A program made the translations under genes and the position numbers. A stretch of 64,000 bases of DNA from the human T2T-CHM13v2.0 reference genome, Homo sapiens. Location: assembly GCF_009914755.1 (NCBI RefSeq), contig NC_060940.1. One strand, written 5' to 3'. Positions 38,864-53,869 of the stretch are shown in pieces. How positions within the stretch are numbered: the stretch's first letter is position 1; every line of letters starts with the position of its first letter. The notes below the pieces were generated by a model. The model worked only from the letters and a program-made list of their open reading frames with translations, was not told the DNA's origin and made no database searches.

Positions 38864-41800
38864 ATGATAAAAAGAGAGAGCAAAAGCATGTAGAATTGAT
38901 ATGACGGTTAAAGGGGATAGTTAAGGCACCTGAAGGACCAAGCCCACCAGCAATCTGCACGGATACTCGGTCACTATTTTGTTATTTATACCACCTGGCA
39001 CAGTTCCTGCCTTCTAATTCACACTCAAGCCTCAAGCAAGAGCCGTTCCTTTGCCTCCATTCCTCCCAGAGATTCCCCTTCCCATGCTGAAGCCTTGGAA
39101 ATTATTGTGAATGCAATAATGGTGGCCGCTTCTGTAAACACTGTACTTGACCTTCATGCCCACAGTATTCAGCAGGTAACTACGTAGTGTCTGTTGTGTG
39201 TCAGGGACTGTGCTGTGGATTCACTTCTGCAGAGAGCAGAGGGTAGATGCAGAATAAAGGGTCTTCTCCTGCCTTGAGCCGTTCAGAGTTGTGGCCTTTG
39301 GAAGACTTGCTCAGAATGATCCAGTGCTTTTTTGACATTTCTGGATATGATCACTAGCTGCAATCTTGCATTTGGTGCTTTTTGTGATTCCCAGCTCTCC
39401 CTCCACATGCTCTGAGAAAAGTGATATCCCCAGAGCTGTATCCAAAGAAGAAATGTAAATCCAGAGGCTATAAACTAATAGGATCTGAGTTTCCGTGGTT
39501 GACTGTATGAAAGTAGATTTGGCTTCTCTGTGTTGCTGACTTTAACAGGGAGCTTAAAATGTGAGATGGAGCAGGTGTTTGCGTGCTGTATCACCAAGCC
39601 GTTCCCATGGCTGTGAATTCCGGGAAGTTGAGGGACTATACAGACACTTTATCTTGTGGTGACCTGATGCATGCACCAGGCCACTGTTGCCCAACAACTG
39701 CCCCCTAAGTGTGGGTGGAACGGCCATTGCAATCGACTCGGGGCGAACAGTGCATCTAAAAGATGAAGGTCTGATTTTCTTTGCAGAGTTTAAATGGTGC
39801 ATGTGTCTTTACCCCAAAAACCACAGAAACAATTTCTCTTAAAGAGAAAGAGAGGAACTATGTACTTGGGCTTTGTATTTGGAGATTTTGGCAAAGATGG
39901 AGGCTGCCCATCATGGGTGACGGTAGAATCTGGTGTCAGATGGCACACTCGGAGTTGTCTGACTCACTTGGAGAGTACAAGGGCATCTGCACCTACAGGC
40001 ATTGCTGTGAATGACAGAATCATCAACATCCAGGGAAATGCTATACTTGAAAAAAAAAAAAGATCAGGGTATTAGCCATGGCAGCTATGTGGCTTCTAGA
40101 TACTGAGCCATCCTAGATGCTAGCTCTTTACCTGCATGATATCATGCAAATCTTGGAAGCAAGCCTCCAGGTGGATTTTATTCCTATTTTACAGTGGAGG
40201 GAGCTGAGGGCTAGAGAGGTTTAGTAATGTGTTCTCTGACACATAGATTAAAAAGTGGCTGAGCAAGAACTTGAATCGCAAGCCCTGCATGCCAGTTGCG
40301 AGCCCCAAACCCTACCTCCTGGGGAGAAGACACACATTGTATTTCTCTTCTCTTCATGGGGGTTACAGACTCCGTTATTTCAGAGCAGAACCTAGGTTCT
40401 CTATAGGATGGGGAGGTATAAGGACTCCTTTCTATGCAGTGGAAGCCTGTGTGGTCTCCCTGAGACCTTTTCCCACAATCTCTGAATCCCATTCATTTGT
40501 GCAAGAGTCAAGTTCAAAAGCAGAGAGCTTGAGAGCTCCTGTCTTCATCACATTGTTGACTTATCGTTACATCTGCTCTTCTAACTTAAATCACTGGCTC
40601 CTTTTCTTTCTTCCTCTGCATCTTCACCAAGGAGTGGTAGAAAAAGAATTCACCTTGGCATAGACAAGCCTAGATTTGATTAACAGCTCTTAAAAAAATC
40701 ATTCCACCTATTTAGTGTTCTGCTTCCTTCTCTGTGAATAGGGCTAACGATGCCTATTTAGATTATGAAAATTAATATAAAAACAGAATAGAAGTCCCTA
40801 GTAAGTTGCCTGTCCCAAAGCAGACACTTAACTAATGTCAAGTCTCCCTAAACGTTGCCCTCATCCCCACAATACGAGGAGGGAAGAGTCCGATGTTTTC
40901 ATTAGAAAAGCTGCCACCCACACACAGGATGCTTTTCTCTACTTCTGAGTGTTTATAGTTTCAGTGATTCTGTGCCTTACAATTTTCAAGGACAGCTCGT
41001 TCCAACCTTTGCGAATATGAAGAATGGTTTTTCTAAATTATATAATAGTGTGACCTACAGATAGCCTTGGGCTTTCCTTTCTTCTGGCTGCAGCCTTTGC
41101 TAGGTACACATAGGGACATGCACCCTGACAATCCACGGGGGCCCCCTCTGGCCTGGGTCCTCAGAATGAGAACCTCAGCTTTTAGGACTCACAATGCAAG
41201 GATGATCACGCTTGCTGTTAGCAGCGCAGATCCAGCGTAATTTTAAAAGCAAAATGACTGACTACATAGAAAGAAAAACCACATTGTTTTCCTGTCTCCC
41301 CATGGAATGCTGCCTCCATTAGAGAAAAAGGAGAAAACCCGATTAGGAAGGATAGAAACATAAATGGAACTGTGTCAGGCCTTCCAAGCTGTCACTGATT
41401 ATTCTACCAGGCAGATATTTCTCACCTCCCATTCAGGGCCATCTCCTGTAACAGCCATTTCTATAGCCGAAACAATAAGGGATAAATTAGGCTGGTCAAT
41501 TTGTCCTTTCCCTTTCTTGGGTAAAAAGAAAACGACTTAACTAAATCTTTTTTCTTTAGGATGAAAAGAGATTTTAAAAAACATTCTAGTAGCAAATAAC
41601 TGTCCTAAAGTAGGTAAAATGGGAATTGATTTTACTTACCTGACTTCCTAGTTGGGTAGTTGGGAGCATTACCTGAGACGGGTCTGTGGCAACACTTTGT
41701 GACGGCCAGGCCTGGGTGGCTATTACGGTCATCATCATTTCAGGAGGCAAGGTGGCTTCATTATGCTTCATTCCTACAATCTCCTTTTTGTTCATTGATG

Positions 41801-42179
41801 TGCATTCTCCTGCTTTGACATACAAACCCATAACACCATGAAATTTTAAAGCGAATGGTAATATTTTTTCATATAGGTAAAAAAAGTATGAGAATATTCC
41901 AATAGAAATAACCATAAAACATTCTTTCTCTTTGTTTGAGTAACCCCTTTCCTGGGTGTCTATCCTAAGGAATAATGTAAAATGTGGAGAATTATTTTTT
42001 TCAGAGGAAGATGTTCTTTGTAGCTTTATTTACATCATTCACAGTGTTTATAATTAAAACAGTTGAGAGTCCATTATGATTGAAGTGGTTGTTAAATGAT
42101 GGTATATCTGTCTTAAATATTGCATAGCTAAACAAAAGGAGCTGGTAATGATAGAAGAAAATGCTCATGATATAATATG

Positions 42180-42603
42180 TGTATTATAGTCTGTTCTTGC
42201 ACTGCTATAAAGAAATACCTGAGATGAGGTAATTTATAAAGTAAAGAGGTTGAATTGACTCATGGTTCCACAGGCTGTCCAGGAAGCAGAGTAAGCAGCT
42301 TCTGCTTCTGGGATGGCCTCAGGGAGCTAGCTTCCAAGCATGGCAGAAGGCAAAGTGGGAGCAGGTGTCTTACAGGGCAGGAGCAGGACCAAGAGAGAGA
42401 TGGGGGAGGTGCTATACAGTTTCAAACAACCAGATCTCCTGAGAACTCTATCACGAGAATAGCACTAGGAGGGTGGTGCTAAACCACTAATGAGGAAACC
42501 CCCCGCCATGATCCCATCACCTCCCACCAAGCCCCCTCCTCCAACATTGGGGATTACAATTCGACATGAGATTTGGGCAGGCACACAGATCCAAACCATA
42601 GCA
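42180..42603 (-). mobile_element. MSTB solo LTR
   Basis: TGTATTA..GTCTGTTCTTGCACTGCTATAAAGAAATACCTGAGA...GATCCAAACCATAGCA; perfect TSD ATATG. Confidence 0.9.
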
Positions 42604-42869
42604 ATATGTAAAGAATCACCCTAGCAACAGTCATCAAGATAGCATGATACAGCAGGGGAGAGATACATGGATCAGTGGAAGGGAATAGACAACCCAGAGA
42701 TACAGCCACACAAACGTGTCCAACTGCTTCTTAGTAAAGATGAGAAAGGAAGTCAGTGGAGGAAGGATAGATCCTTCAGCAAATGATGCTGGAGCCATTG
42801 GACATCTGAAGGCAAGAAATGAACCTCAACCTAAACCTCACTCTTCATACAAAATTTAACTCAAAGTGG

Positions 42870-43175
<306 letters not shown>

Positions 43176-44114
43176 AAAATGTTAACTCAAAGTGGATCAC
43201 AGATATAAATGTAAAACACTATGAAACTTTAAGAAAAAAGTAGGAAAAAATCTTAGGGATCTAAGGCTAGGCAGAGTTCTTATACTTGTCACAAACAGGT
43301 GTGAACCCTAAAATGAAATTTTGATAAATTAGACTTTATCAAAATTTGAAACTTTTGCTATGTGAAAAATCCTGTTAAGAGAATGGAAAGACAAGCTATA
43401 GACTAGGAGAAAATACTTACAAACCACATATCTGAAAAAGGATTAGTATCTAGGATATAGAAAGAACTCTCTAAACTCAACAGCAGAAAACCCCAATCAA
43501 CCAAATTAGGAAATTGACAAAAGACATAAACAGACATTTCAGCAAAGGGGATATAAGGATAGCAAATAAGCTCATGAACAAATGTTCCAACTCATTAGCC
43601 ATGAGGGAAATGCAAATTAAAACCACAACAGACTACCGGTACACACCTATTAGAACAGTTAATTTATTTTTAAAAAGCAGTAACATCAAATGCTGGCAAA
43701 GATGTGCAGAAACCATCACTCAGACATTGCTGGTAGAAATGTAGAGTGGTACAGCCAGTCAAGAAACGAGTTTGGCAGTTTTGTATAAAACTAGACACGC
43801 ACTTACCATGGAACCCAGCAATTGCACTCCTAGGCGTTTATCCCAGAAATAAAAACTTATGTTCACACAAAACCTGTACACAAATGTTCATAGCAGCTTG
43901 ATTCATATTTGCCAGAAACTGAAAACAACCCAGATGTCCTTCAACATGTGAATGGTTAAACAAACTGTGGTTTATTCATATCATGAAATATGGCTCAGCA
44001 ATAAAATGAATGAATTATTGATACACAGCAACTTGGAAGAATCTCCAGGGAATTATGCTGAATGAAAATGCTAATCCCAGAGGTTGCATACTATATGATT
44101 CCATTTATATGATA

Positions 44115-44445
44115 TTTTCTTTGAAAATGTTATGTTTATTTTTAATGTTTGTGGGTGTATCATAGGTATATATATATATATATATGCATGGGGTACATTA
44201 GATACAGACATCCATTGTGTAATAATCACATCATGGAAAGCCGGGTATCCATCCCCTCCAGCATTTATCCTTTGTGGTGCAAATAATGCAATTATGTGAT
44301 TTTAGTTATTTTTAAATGTACAATTGAATTATTATTGACTATGGTCACCTGTTCACCCCGTTATGCTCTCAAATACTGGGTTTTATTCATTCTTTCTAAT
44401 TTTTTGTATCCATTAAACACCCCTTCGTCTCCCCTCCCCACCCTC
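44115..44445 (-). mobile_element. L1MA (1-3-like) 3' end, antisense, nested
   Basis: ATGGGGTACAT...AATAATCACATCATGG..GGGTATCCATCCCCTC.AGCATTTATCCTTTG...TTTAGTTATTTTTAAATGTACAAT. Confidence 0.8.
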
Positions 44446-45213
44446 AATTAAATGAAAAATTATGGAAATGGAGAACAGATCAGTGGCTGCCAGAATGTGT
44501 ATCTGTGAGGGAAGAGGCAGTCTCTGCAAGAGAGGAAGATGTGGTTGTGAAATGACAACACGAAGGATCCCAGTGGGGATGGAATGGCCTTGTATCTCAA
44601 TGGTGGTGATGGATACGCAAGCCAATACGTAGATAAAACTGCAAAAAACTAAATACACACACACACACTCTCACACACTCACACACTCATATGCTCACAC
44701 ACTCTGACACATTCACACACACACACACACACACAAAGTATAAGTAAAATGGCAAATCTGAATAAGATCTGTGGATTGCATAAATGTCAATATTTTAATT
44801 GTGACATTGTACCACAGTTTAACATTAGGGAAACTGGGTAAAAGAGTATTTTTTGCAAATGCATGTGCATCTATAATTATTGAAAAAGTAATAAAAGTCA
44901 ATTAAAATATGTTTATGCAGTTGTATGCATTTAAAAGACTAGAAAGGATTTATCGACATTTTAGTATAGTTAACTATCCAGTAGGACATTGAGCATCTTG
45001 CTTTCTACCTTTTACTTTACTTTCTCTGCCAGGATTTTCCTAGTGAGCATGTGTTAGTTTTGTAAAGAGGAAAAAAAGCAAACCTGGTTTTAAAAAAAAA
45101 ATCCCATTGCCAAGTACAACAATTTACAGCACTCTTTTTAGTATATTCTGAAATAGTCTCCTCATGATTTCTTTCTCTTCTGTACTCCAAATGTAACACT
45201 AAATCACACACAT

Positions 45214-45215
<2 letters not shown>

Positions 45216-45244
<29 letters not shown>
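45216..45244 (+). repeat. (CA)n microsatellite
   Basis: Direct observation. Confidence 0.95.
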
Positions 45245-45247
<3 letters not shown>

Positions 45248-46579
45248 ATGACCAGCTCAAGAATAAATATGTGGGGACTAAGCATCCAAAGCTCGACACC
45301 AACAATTTGCAGCTGAAGACATAATGAACTTTTGTTAGTGGATGGACCAGCTGGGAAGACTGTAAAGTTGGATGTCTTGTTGTGCTTTCTATTTATTATT
45401 CAGATCTCCAGTCCAGTGTACAGACAGAAGGTGCATCTTGATGGATAGTTCAAAAGGGTAAAGACTTAGACAAAATAATGAGAAAGGGACTATTTGGCGA
45501 CATATTTCATCCTCTCCATCCCACTCTGTGGCTTCCTCCCTTTGATGCACACATAATTTCAGGAACCCAGAGTGCAGGATTGGTAGAAACGGAATAAATA
45601 TATAGTCTGTTGTATGGGAACAGGCTCAGAAGCCTATAAAAGATTCAACTCCTGCTTTCCCTTAGGAGAGGTACCCAACCAGTATTAATATTTTAGAAAT
45701 ACTGGAAGGTAGAAGAGGAGCCATTATTCATCACTGGCAACTCTGTGGTACTAAAATTAAATAATGGGGTTTTTTTTAAAGACAGAATTGTGAAAGTTGT
45801 GAAACTATAAAAAATATTCCTCTCTTGGGGATGTTGCATTTTTTGCTTTTATCTTTTCTTCTTCTCTTGAGAACATTTTGATTTACTACTGTGATAAGCT
45901 TATAACAACTAGGGAACTTGGGAGAAAAGACGAGGCAGGCTGGGAGGAGGGGTGTTATGGCAGCTTACAAATGGGCCCGGGTACATTTGCCTGGCTTCAA
46001 GTCAGAAGGTGCTGGAGCTGGGCTTGGATTCATTTCCATTGTGTGGCACACATATCTCATGCATGGGCCAGGGACGTGCCTTGTGACAGTTAGCACCCAC
46101 GGTGCCATGTGGGCTTGGGATGTGAGCATGCTTGTCTGCTCAGCAGGAACTTTTCATAAAAGGTCTAGTCATCCTTTTCCTGAAGCCTGGAAATAATCAG
46201 CCCTGCTCCTTGAGGAGATGTCTAAGCTGTTAGGACTTTGTTATCCAGGAGTTGGCATCTGACCAGCATCTGGAGTTTTGGATTGATCTGGATGATTTCA
46301 GAGTGTTCTGTACCTGTTCCTCCCCCTGAACTAGCTGTGTAACCCATTGGACAAATGACTTCACCTCTCTGGGTCTCCTTAACTGCATTTGTGAAGTTAA
46401 AAAAAGCAATAGAAACCACCAGGTAAAATGCACACGTAGCTTTAGCACAGTACGTGGCCTGCACAAGGCCTCAGTGAATGCAGTTATTACCTAGGATGCC
46501 ACTTGAAAAACATTTTAAACCCTTTTAATGATAAAATTACTCTCCGTGACTGTTACATGTTGTGTTTCAATGCATACTC

Positions 46580-46820
46580 ATGAGTGTCGTTAACATTTAT
46601 TGAGTGCCTACTATGTGCCTGCCACGGTACAATGTGCTTTAGGGATGCAGTTCCATTCTGTCCTCCCGAGGACCTCAGGAATGCAGGTCTATTATTCCCA
46701 ATCAACAGAAGGGAGAACTGAGGCTTAGAGGGGTGAAAAGATTTGCCCAAGGTTAAAACCAAGGGCACATTAGAGCCAGCGTACAAACTGACCCAGAAAT
46801 CATTTTCTAAACCACTGCAC
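46580..46820 (-). mobile_element. MIR (an oppositely oriented MIR lies at ~46290-46490)
   Basis: TAACATTTATTGAGTGCCTACTATGTGCC...AACTGAGGCTTAGAG.GGTGAA...TTGCCCAAGGT. Confidence 0.75.
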
Positions 46821-47811
46821 CACGGGGGCAGGAATGGTGGCTATTGCTCGGGACCTAGAGAAATGAAGGCACAGGGAATGAAGACGAATCCTTGCTCCAC
46901 CCATGGGGAGACAGTGGCTGGGCCAGATTTAAGCAGAGATCCCTGGACAGCGCCTCATTCCTTACCTGATTCACACGGTGCTGATACGCTTGTTCAGGGC
47001 TGCCTCAAGCTTCAGACTCAGAGTCAGAAGGGACCTCAGAGTCTATGTGGTGCTGATGGTCTTTGTAACGCCTTAACAGGATGAGGGTGTGAGCCTGGGC
47101 GCTGGGTGGCAGCCTTGTCCATCACCAGATGAGCTTAGCACCGTCGGCCAAGTTTTCAACCCCAGGAAGCCTGCCTCCTTTTGAGCTGAAATCTGTCCAT
47201 TCCATAGCTTGCATCGATTGGCTTTTCTGAAAGTTAAGACTAAACCAGTCTCCTTTTCTGCTGGTCTTTAGATGATACCCAAAACTGTACCTCGTGTTCC
47301 ATGTCTCTAAGCATTCAACCACTTACTGGGTTGGGCTGTGCTCATCTTACACAGAACAGATCTCCTCACTTTTCTCTCAAATGTTTTCCTCCTTAGTCCC
47401 CTGTCTACACGTAGCCTCTATCCATCCCTGTATCCTTGTGGGTTAGAATTCACCACACAACATGATCTCATTAGGAGTCATCACCTACAAAGCAGGTATT
47501 GGGCAATTGTGTTTACCCAGGGTCGTTTTGGGGAATATTAGTAACCGAAACTTGAGAGGAACTTAAATCTACATATACCACCCACCAAAGACTTGCATGG
47601 ATGGTGCAGTTTCCGAAAAACTTTGCCAAAGCATTTATTGACTCACAGCTACTATGATCTTCTCTTGTTGAGCTTCCCTTAGGGAAAACAACAACAACAA
47701 CATATTTTAGGTAGCCAGAGCTTCAGAGGAAGAGAGATATTCATCCAAGTTGATCTCATTGTATCCATGAGCCTGTTAATTTTCAGGGAGCAAGATTCTC
47801 TAGTCTTAAAA

Positions 47812-47812
<1 letters not shown>

Positions 47813-47862
<50 letters not shown>
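47813..47862 (+). repeat. (TG)25 perfect microsatellite
   Basis: 50 nt uninterrupted. Confidence 0.98.
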
Positions 47863-47867
<5 letters not shown>

Positions 47868-48506
47868 GGGATCTTTTAACTAGGAGAATCACTCAGAATG
47901 ACTCTGTTGGAGGATACCAGAATATCTCTTGGAACTCAAGCCCAAGAAGCAGAACTGGTCCTTACCAGAAGTTGGCAAGCCATTTTGAAACCAGGGTAGC
48001 TGTGCCTGTTCATTGATTTATGCATTCATTTTCCTTTTTTCCTGACCATATGGTCTCTCATTTCAGCTTGTCTTAGCATAGCTTCTTTATTTATTAAAAA
48101 ATATTTGAGTTTCTACTATGGACCATGCACTGTTCACAGCAGAGAACAAAATGAAAATTCCTGCTAGCACAGTTTATATTTAAATGGTAAATAGAGACAA
48201 CAGATATAAATATGTCAGGAAGTATGTCAGGTACTGAGGGTTCGGTGAAGAAAAATAAGACAAGGATGATGCTGGAAGGAAAAGCACTACTTTCTTTCAA
48301 TAAGGTGGCCAGGGAAGTCCTCTGCAAAGAGATGAGTATAAATTGAGATTTCTGTAGCAACAATGTAATGAGCCACAGGAGACCCATGTGGTAAGGTCCT
48401 GGCGAATTCAAGCCATTACCAGACACCACTGGGAAAGGGGGCTGGGATACTTCAGTGTCAGAGCATAATTTGGGACCAAGGCTGAGGAATAAGATTGAGT
48501 AACGTT

Positions 48507-48819
48507 GGCTGGGCACGGTGGCTCACGCCTGTAATCCCAGCACTTTGGGAGGCTGAGGCGGGCAGGTCACGAGGTCAGGAGATCGAGACCATCCCGGCTA
48601 ACATGGTGAAACCCCGTCTCTAATAAAAAAAAATTAAAAAAAAAAAAAACACAAAAAATTAGCCGGGCGTGGTAGCGGGTGCCTGTAGTCCCAGCTACTT
48701 GGGAGGCTGAGACAAGAATGGCGTGAACCCGGAAGGCAGAGCTTCCAGTGAGCTGAGATCACGCAACTGCACTCCAGCCTAGGCAACAGAGCGAGACTCT
48801 GTCTCAAAAATAAATAAAA
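48507..48819 (+). mobile_element. AluY within an antisense L2 (~48085-48850)
   Basis: CACGAGGTCAGGAGATCGAGACCATCCCGGCTAAC, GAATGGCGTGAACCCGG; TSD AAGATTGAGTAA(C/T)GT. Confidence 0.95.
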
Positions 48820-49723
48820 AAGATTGAGTAATGTCAGAGAAGATTATTTACCAGCTGTAGGGTGGTGTCACCATGTTTGAGCCTGCATGGGATTCATTTA
48901 CACAAGCATTAAGAACTCTATTTCAGTTTTCCCTGTAGGCTGTTTTCTTTGCCAAGGTCTCTGCTAATGGCCCCATAGTGTCCCCTGAAAATGGCGGACT
49001 CGACTTTCAAGCTGGTAAGACTTCAAAGGTCCTCAGTCTCTCCCTGTCCCAATCCCAGGCTTCCGAAAGAAATGATCTTGCCAGGCTCAGCTTTGGATAG
49101 GACGCTCTGGGTCACAAAGGGCAGCCCGGGACTGACATAGTGCTAGGCCCAAGCATGGCGCTTTTGGGGAAAACGGCTGCAAAATAGGATGAGGGGATGT
49201 GGACAAACTCAGCAAAAGTTGATGCTGAAGACAGAGGCAGGGATATGGCTATAAAGAGCCTTGCTTTCCTGAGGGGACTTGAATTTTTCCTGAAATCAAT
49301 GGGGTGGGGGGCCCTGGAAAGATTTTAATCAGGGCATGATCCAATTGGAAGAGACAGTAGCGGCTTCACAGAGTGAGAAACCTCAAAGCTGTCTACACAT
49401 CCTTCCAATGAAGGCACATGCAAGGCAGAACAGAATGTCAGGATTTCGGATGAAAATCATGGAAATTTTATTTATTTTTGATACTATTTACATTTCCAGG
49501 CATCAGTCTTCATGTTAAAATTTGTCCTGAATGATAAGAATAATAAGAGTAAGTGTTAAAACTCTCAGGGAAAGGGCAGTCAACGTGAATTTCCAGCCAG
49601 AAAGTCTTCAGTTGTTCATGTTGATTACTAGCAAATGGGAATAGTGCCAGGTTCATAATGCTGATTTTATTACATTACTTTCTCTGAACTCCGGTTTAAA
49701 TAAGTGCGTAAATATTTGGTACA

Positions 49724-50295
<572 letters not shown>

Positions 50296-50571
50296 GGCCA
50301 GGTGTGGTGGCTCACGCCTGTAATCCCAGCACTTTCGGAGGCCAAGGCGGGCGGATCATGAGGTTAGGAGATCAAGACCATCCTGGCTAACATGGTGAAA
50401 CCCCGTCTCTACTAAAAATACAAAAAAATTAGCCGGCTGTCGTGGTGGGTGCCTGTAGTCCCAGCTACTTGGGAGGCTGAGGCAGGAGAATGGTGTGAAC
50501 CCGGGAGGCGCCACTGCATTCCAGCCTGGGTGACAGAGTGAGACTCCATCTCAAAAAAAAAAAAAAAAAAA
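50296..50571 (+). mobile_element. AluY with 25-bp right-arm deletion
   Basis: Perfect 15-bp TSD AAGATTTAAAAATAA; CCCGGGAGGCG|CCACTGCA junction at 50510. Confidence 0.95.
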
Positions 50572-51561
50572 AAGATTTAAAAATAAAAAATAAAGCAAAA
50601 TCTATACACTAATAAAAAAATTTGGTTTAACCTTTCCCTGGGAACAGTAATGGTCTGAAATGATGGAAAGAAGAATTGAACAACTCCAGGGAAGTGAAGT
50701 TTGGCAAGTTAGCAAGAGAGTAAGCATGTATAGTTCAACAGCATCCGAGGGCATGATTAATTTATTGTCCTTTTAGATGGCAGAATGCACACGAAACCCT
50801 TCAAATTACACCATTATTATGACAAAGCTCAGGGGGTGTGAGAAGTTAAAGATGTTCCTGCCAAGAGTTTGATGTACAGAGGAAACGGGCAACCCACTGG
50901 ATACACATAAATCTGGAAATCGAGACTTTGAAGTCCCTCGTCCTGGCTCTGCCACTGACATGGGCCTGAGATGAATGTTCCTGGGCCATGAATGGCCATG
51001 TCACACGGAGTTCCGATTGGGAGCTCTTCCATCAGTGTCGGGCTCAATGCCTTGTTGGGTCTACTGGGTTGAGTGCTCCTACCCAACTCAGGACACGCTT
51101 ATCTGTTGCCCCTATGAAGTATGGGTCAAGACCATGGGCTCTGGGGGATTTGGTTCCAATCCAAAATCTTTATCTAGCAGACTTTGGCAAGGTTTGTGGG
51201 ACTCAGTTTCCTCCTCTGTAAAACAGATTATTACCAATACCTACCTCATAGAATTGTTGTGCCTGTAAAATGCTAAGAATAGCATGTGCCGGAGTCAGTG
51301 TTCAGTAAATGGTAGCAGCTGTCATTGTCATCATCACCATCATTTTAAACTGTTGAGCATATTTATGTACCTAAGCATTTCCTATGTCTCAGGTCATTCA
51401 CTCACCATGAGCCTTTCCATTATTTTCCATTGTGCAGAAGACAGGAGTGAGGCTCAGAGAGGCCACACAGCTTTCTATAAGTCCACGTTGTCCGTGAGCC
51501 CTGAACTGGGATGCAGATGCGTTTTTATGTGTCTCTAAACCCTGCTCTGCTAAATACTGTG

Positions 51562-51978
51562 TGTGTTAATCAGGATAGGTTAGGCTTTGGTGACAAGAAA
51601 CCCCAAATTTCAGTTGATCAAAAAAACAAAAGCTTGATTAAGCTCCATGCCCTCAGAAGGTTAGGTGGGAACTGTGTTCCTCATTGTCATTGTCCTTTCT
51701 TTGGGACCCAGGTCCATGAAGTCACTACAATTTGGAACATTGCTGGTCACCATGAGGAAGGAAAAGGGAATGTATCTAGGCACACTAGAGTTCCTAATGC
51801 TTTCGCCCACAATTAACTGAAGTGACACATATCACTTTCACTTACACTTCACTAGCTAAAGCAAGTCCCATGGCCACATCCAGGTCCAAATGGCCAAGGA
51901 AGAACACTGCTGTGTGCCCAGAAGGATAGGAGCCCACAGGGGCTGAGGCAGCCACCATGATTACTTTCTGATACCATA
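51562..51978 (-). mobile_element. MLT1 (I/J-like) LTR; tail-to-tail MIRs precede it (~51120-51560)
   Basis: TGTGTTAATCAGGATAGGTTAGG...CCCCAAATTTCAGT...GAAGTGACACATATCACTT...AAGCAAGTC.CATGGCCA. Confidence 0.7.
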
Positions 51979-52432
51979 AATCTGATCTGTGAATAGAAGA
52001 GATGGGAGGTACAGGAGATCCAGGGTTTTCACCAGAGATTCCAGGAGCCACCTTGACTTACAGCAGAACAACCAAAGGCAAAGCCAAGGAGAGTGTTTTC
52101 AAAGGGCTCAGTGATCAGGAGAGTGAAGCACACAGCATGCATTAAGAAATCAGAAATTCAGAAAGAGACACTTACAAATACCTAGTTATTCACTGGGACA
52201 ATAAGGGATGTAAAATTATGGTACTGATTGGCAATTAGGGGGGTTTGGGCCCAGCAAATAAAATGCAATGATTGAATGACCCAAAGATGACTCCTCCTCC
52301 TCCAATCTGCTGAGGCATCTTTCAGCGCATCTCCCATGTTATGTAAAATGAGGTTCATAGAGTTTATTGAGCAGTGATCCGTTGAAGGCCATGAGTACTC
52401 TGGAAGTCAGAAATGATCAATAAGTATTTTGA

Positions 52433-52792
<360 letters not shown>

Positions 52793-53869
52793 AAAGGAAA
52801 ACATCTTATTCAAAATCATGAGAGAGAAACTGACCATGAGGCTGAGCGAATGTCAGTGTAGGTTGGGATATATTATTAACAGGCATAGACTGAGCTCTTA
52901 CAGTGAGAACAGCCTTGTGCTGGTTACATATTTCATTACGGGGTGGGCTGGTGTGCTTTGGGAAGGACAGGCATGAAAGGGTGACTCATACGTGGCCTAT
53001 GGGTCCTATGAGGAAATTTACCTCAACCAGGGGAGGAGGACTTTCGGCAGCTTTTCCCTTCTCTCTCTGTCTGCTTCTTAATATCACAACCATCTTCTCA
53101 AAAACAAACACAAGTACTGATTGCTTACGAAGCCCTCTGGCCGTGATTTCTCTGACAATCTCAGAATTCACCTAAGACTTCCCTCTGTACCATCTCATGC
53201 TATCTTCATCTTCATCTCATGAAGGTTCATATTGCAGCTTCTCATGCACATCTCATGTCCCCAGGCCAAGGGGCTGGGCATGAGATCCACTGCACACCTC
53301 CTCCAGTGTCACCCATGACGTGCTGCAATGGCAGATCCCTGAGGAGCTGTGCCCTGGATCTCATGCCCAGCTCCAAGATCAGCATGCCAGCCATTCTCAC
53401 ATGCACCCGACAGTTTTGTCCTTTTAGGAAAATGTCGAGATACATTCATTCACTAGATGACAAATGTTTGAGTAATCACTGTGTGCCAGAAACTGGGTTT
53501 GGCTCTGTGGGATACCAGCGAATACAATCAGACGTGGCCACTGCTCCTAGGACCACAGAGTCTAATCAGAGAGATGGCTCTTAAACCACAAGAGTTACAT
53601 AACATTTCAACAGTTGTGTTGTGTGGGTGAGCTAGAAAATTTCAAAATTATATACTGGAGGAATTTGACTTGGGGGGACCCATTATTTTCTCCAATCAAG
53701 AGACCAAGGACACTGACCAGAGTGTTTTTCTTTACAGAGCCTCCTAGTGCCTACAATTCACAAAAGGGCCTTGACCTTCTCTGTGCATTCAAACACAGTA
53801 GGTTAAACAAACAAACACATTAAGGGAGGACTGGATAAAATCACCTGTACTCAGACTAAAATACTTCGG

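Noticed and set aside
39695-39715. CTCF-like CTGCCCCCTAAGTGTG
   Set aside because: Only half of the core fits without a gap; no upstream module.
43514-43744. ORF with clear protein similarity
   Set aside because: L1 ORF2p C-terminal remnant in a decayed L1M; surrounding frame is broken.
48585-48605. AluYa5-type CCATCCCGGCTAA suggesting a young polymorphic Alu
   Set aside because: Other Ya5 diagnostics are absent, and the copy shows many substitutions and a mutated TSD; it is an ordinary AluY.
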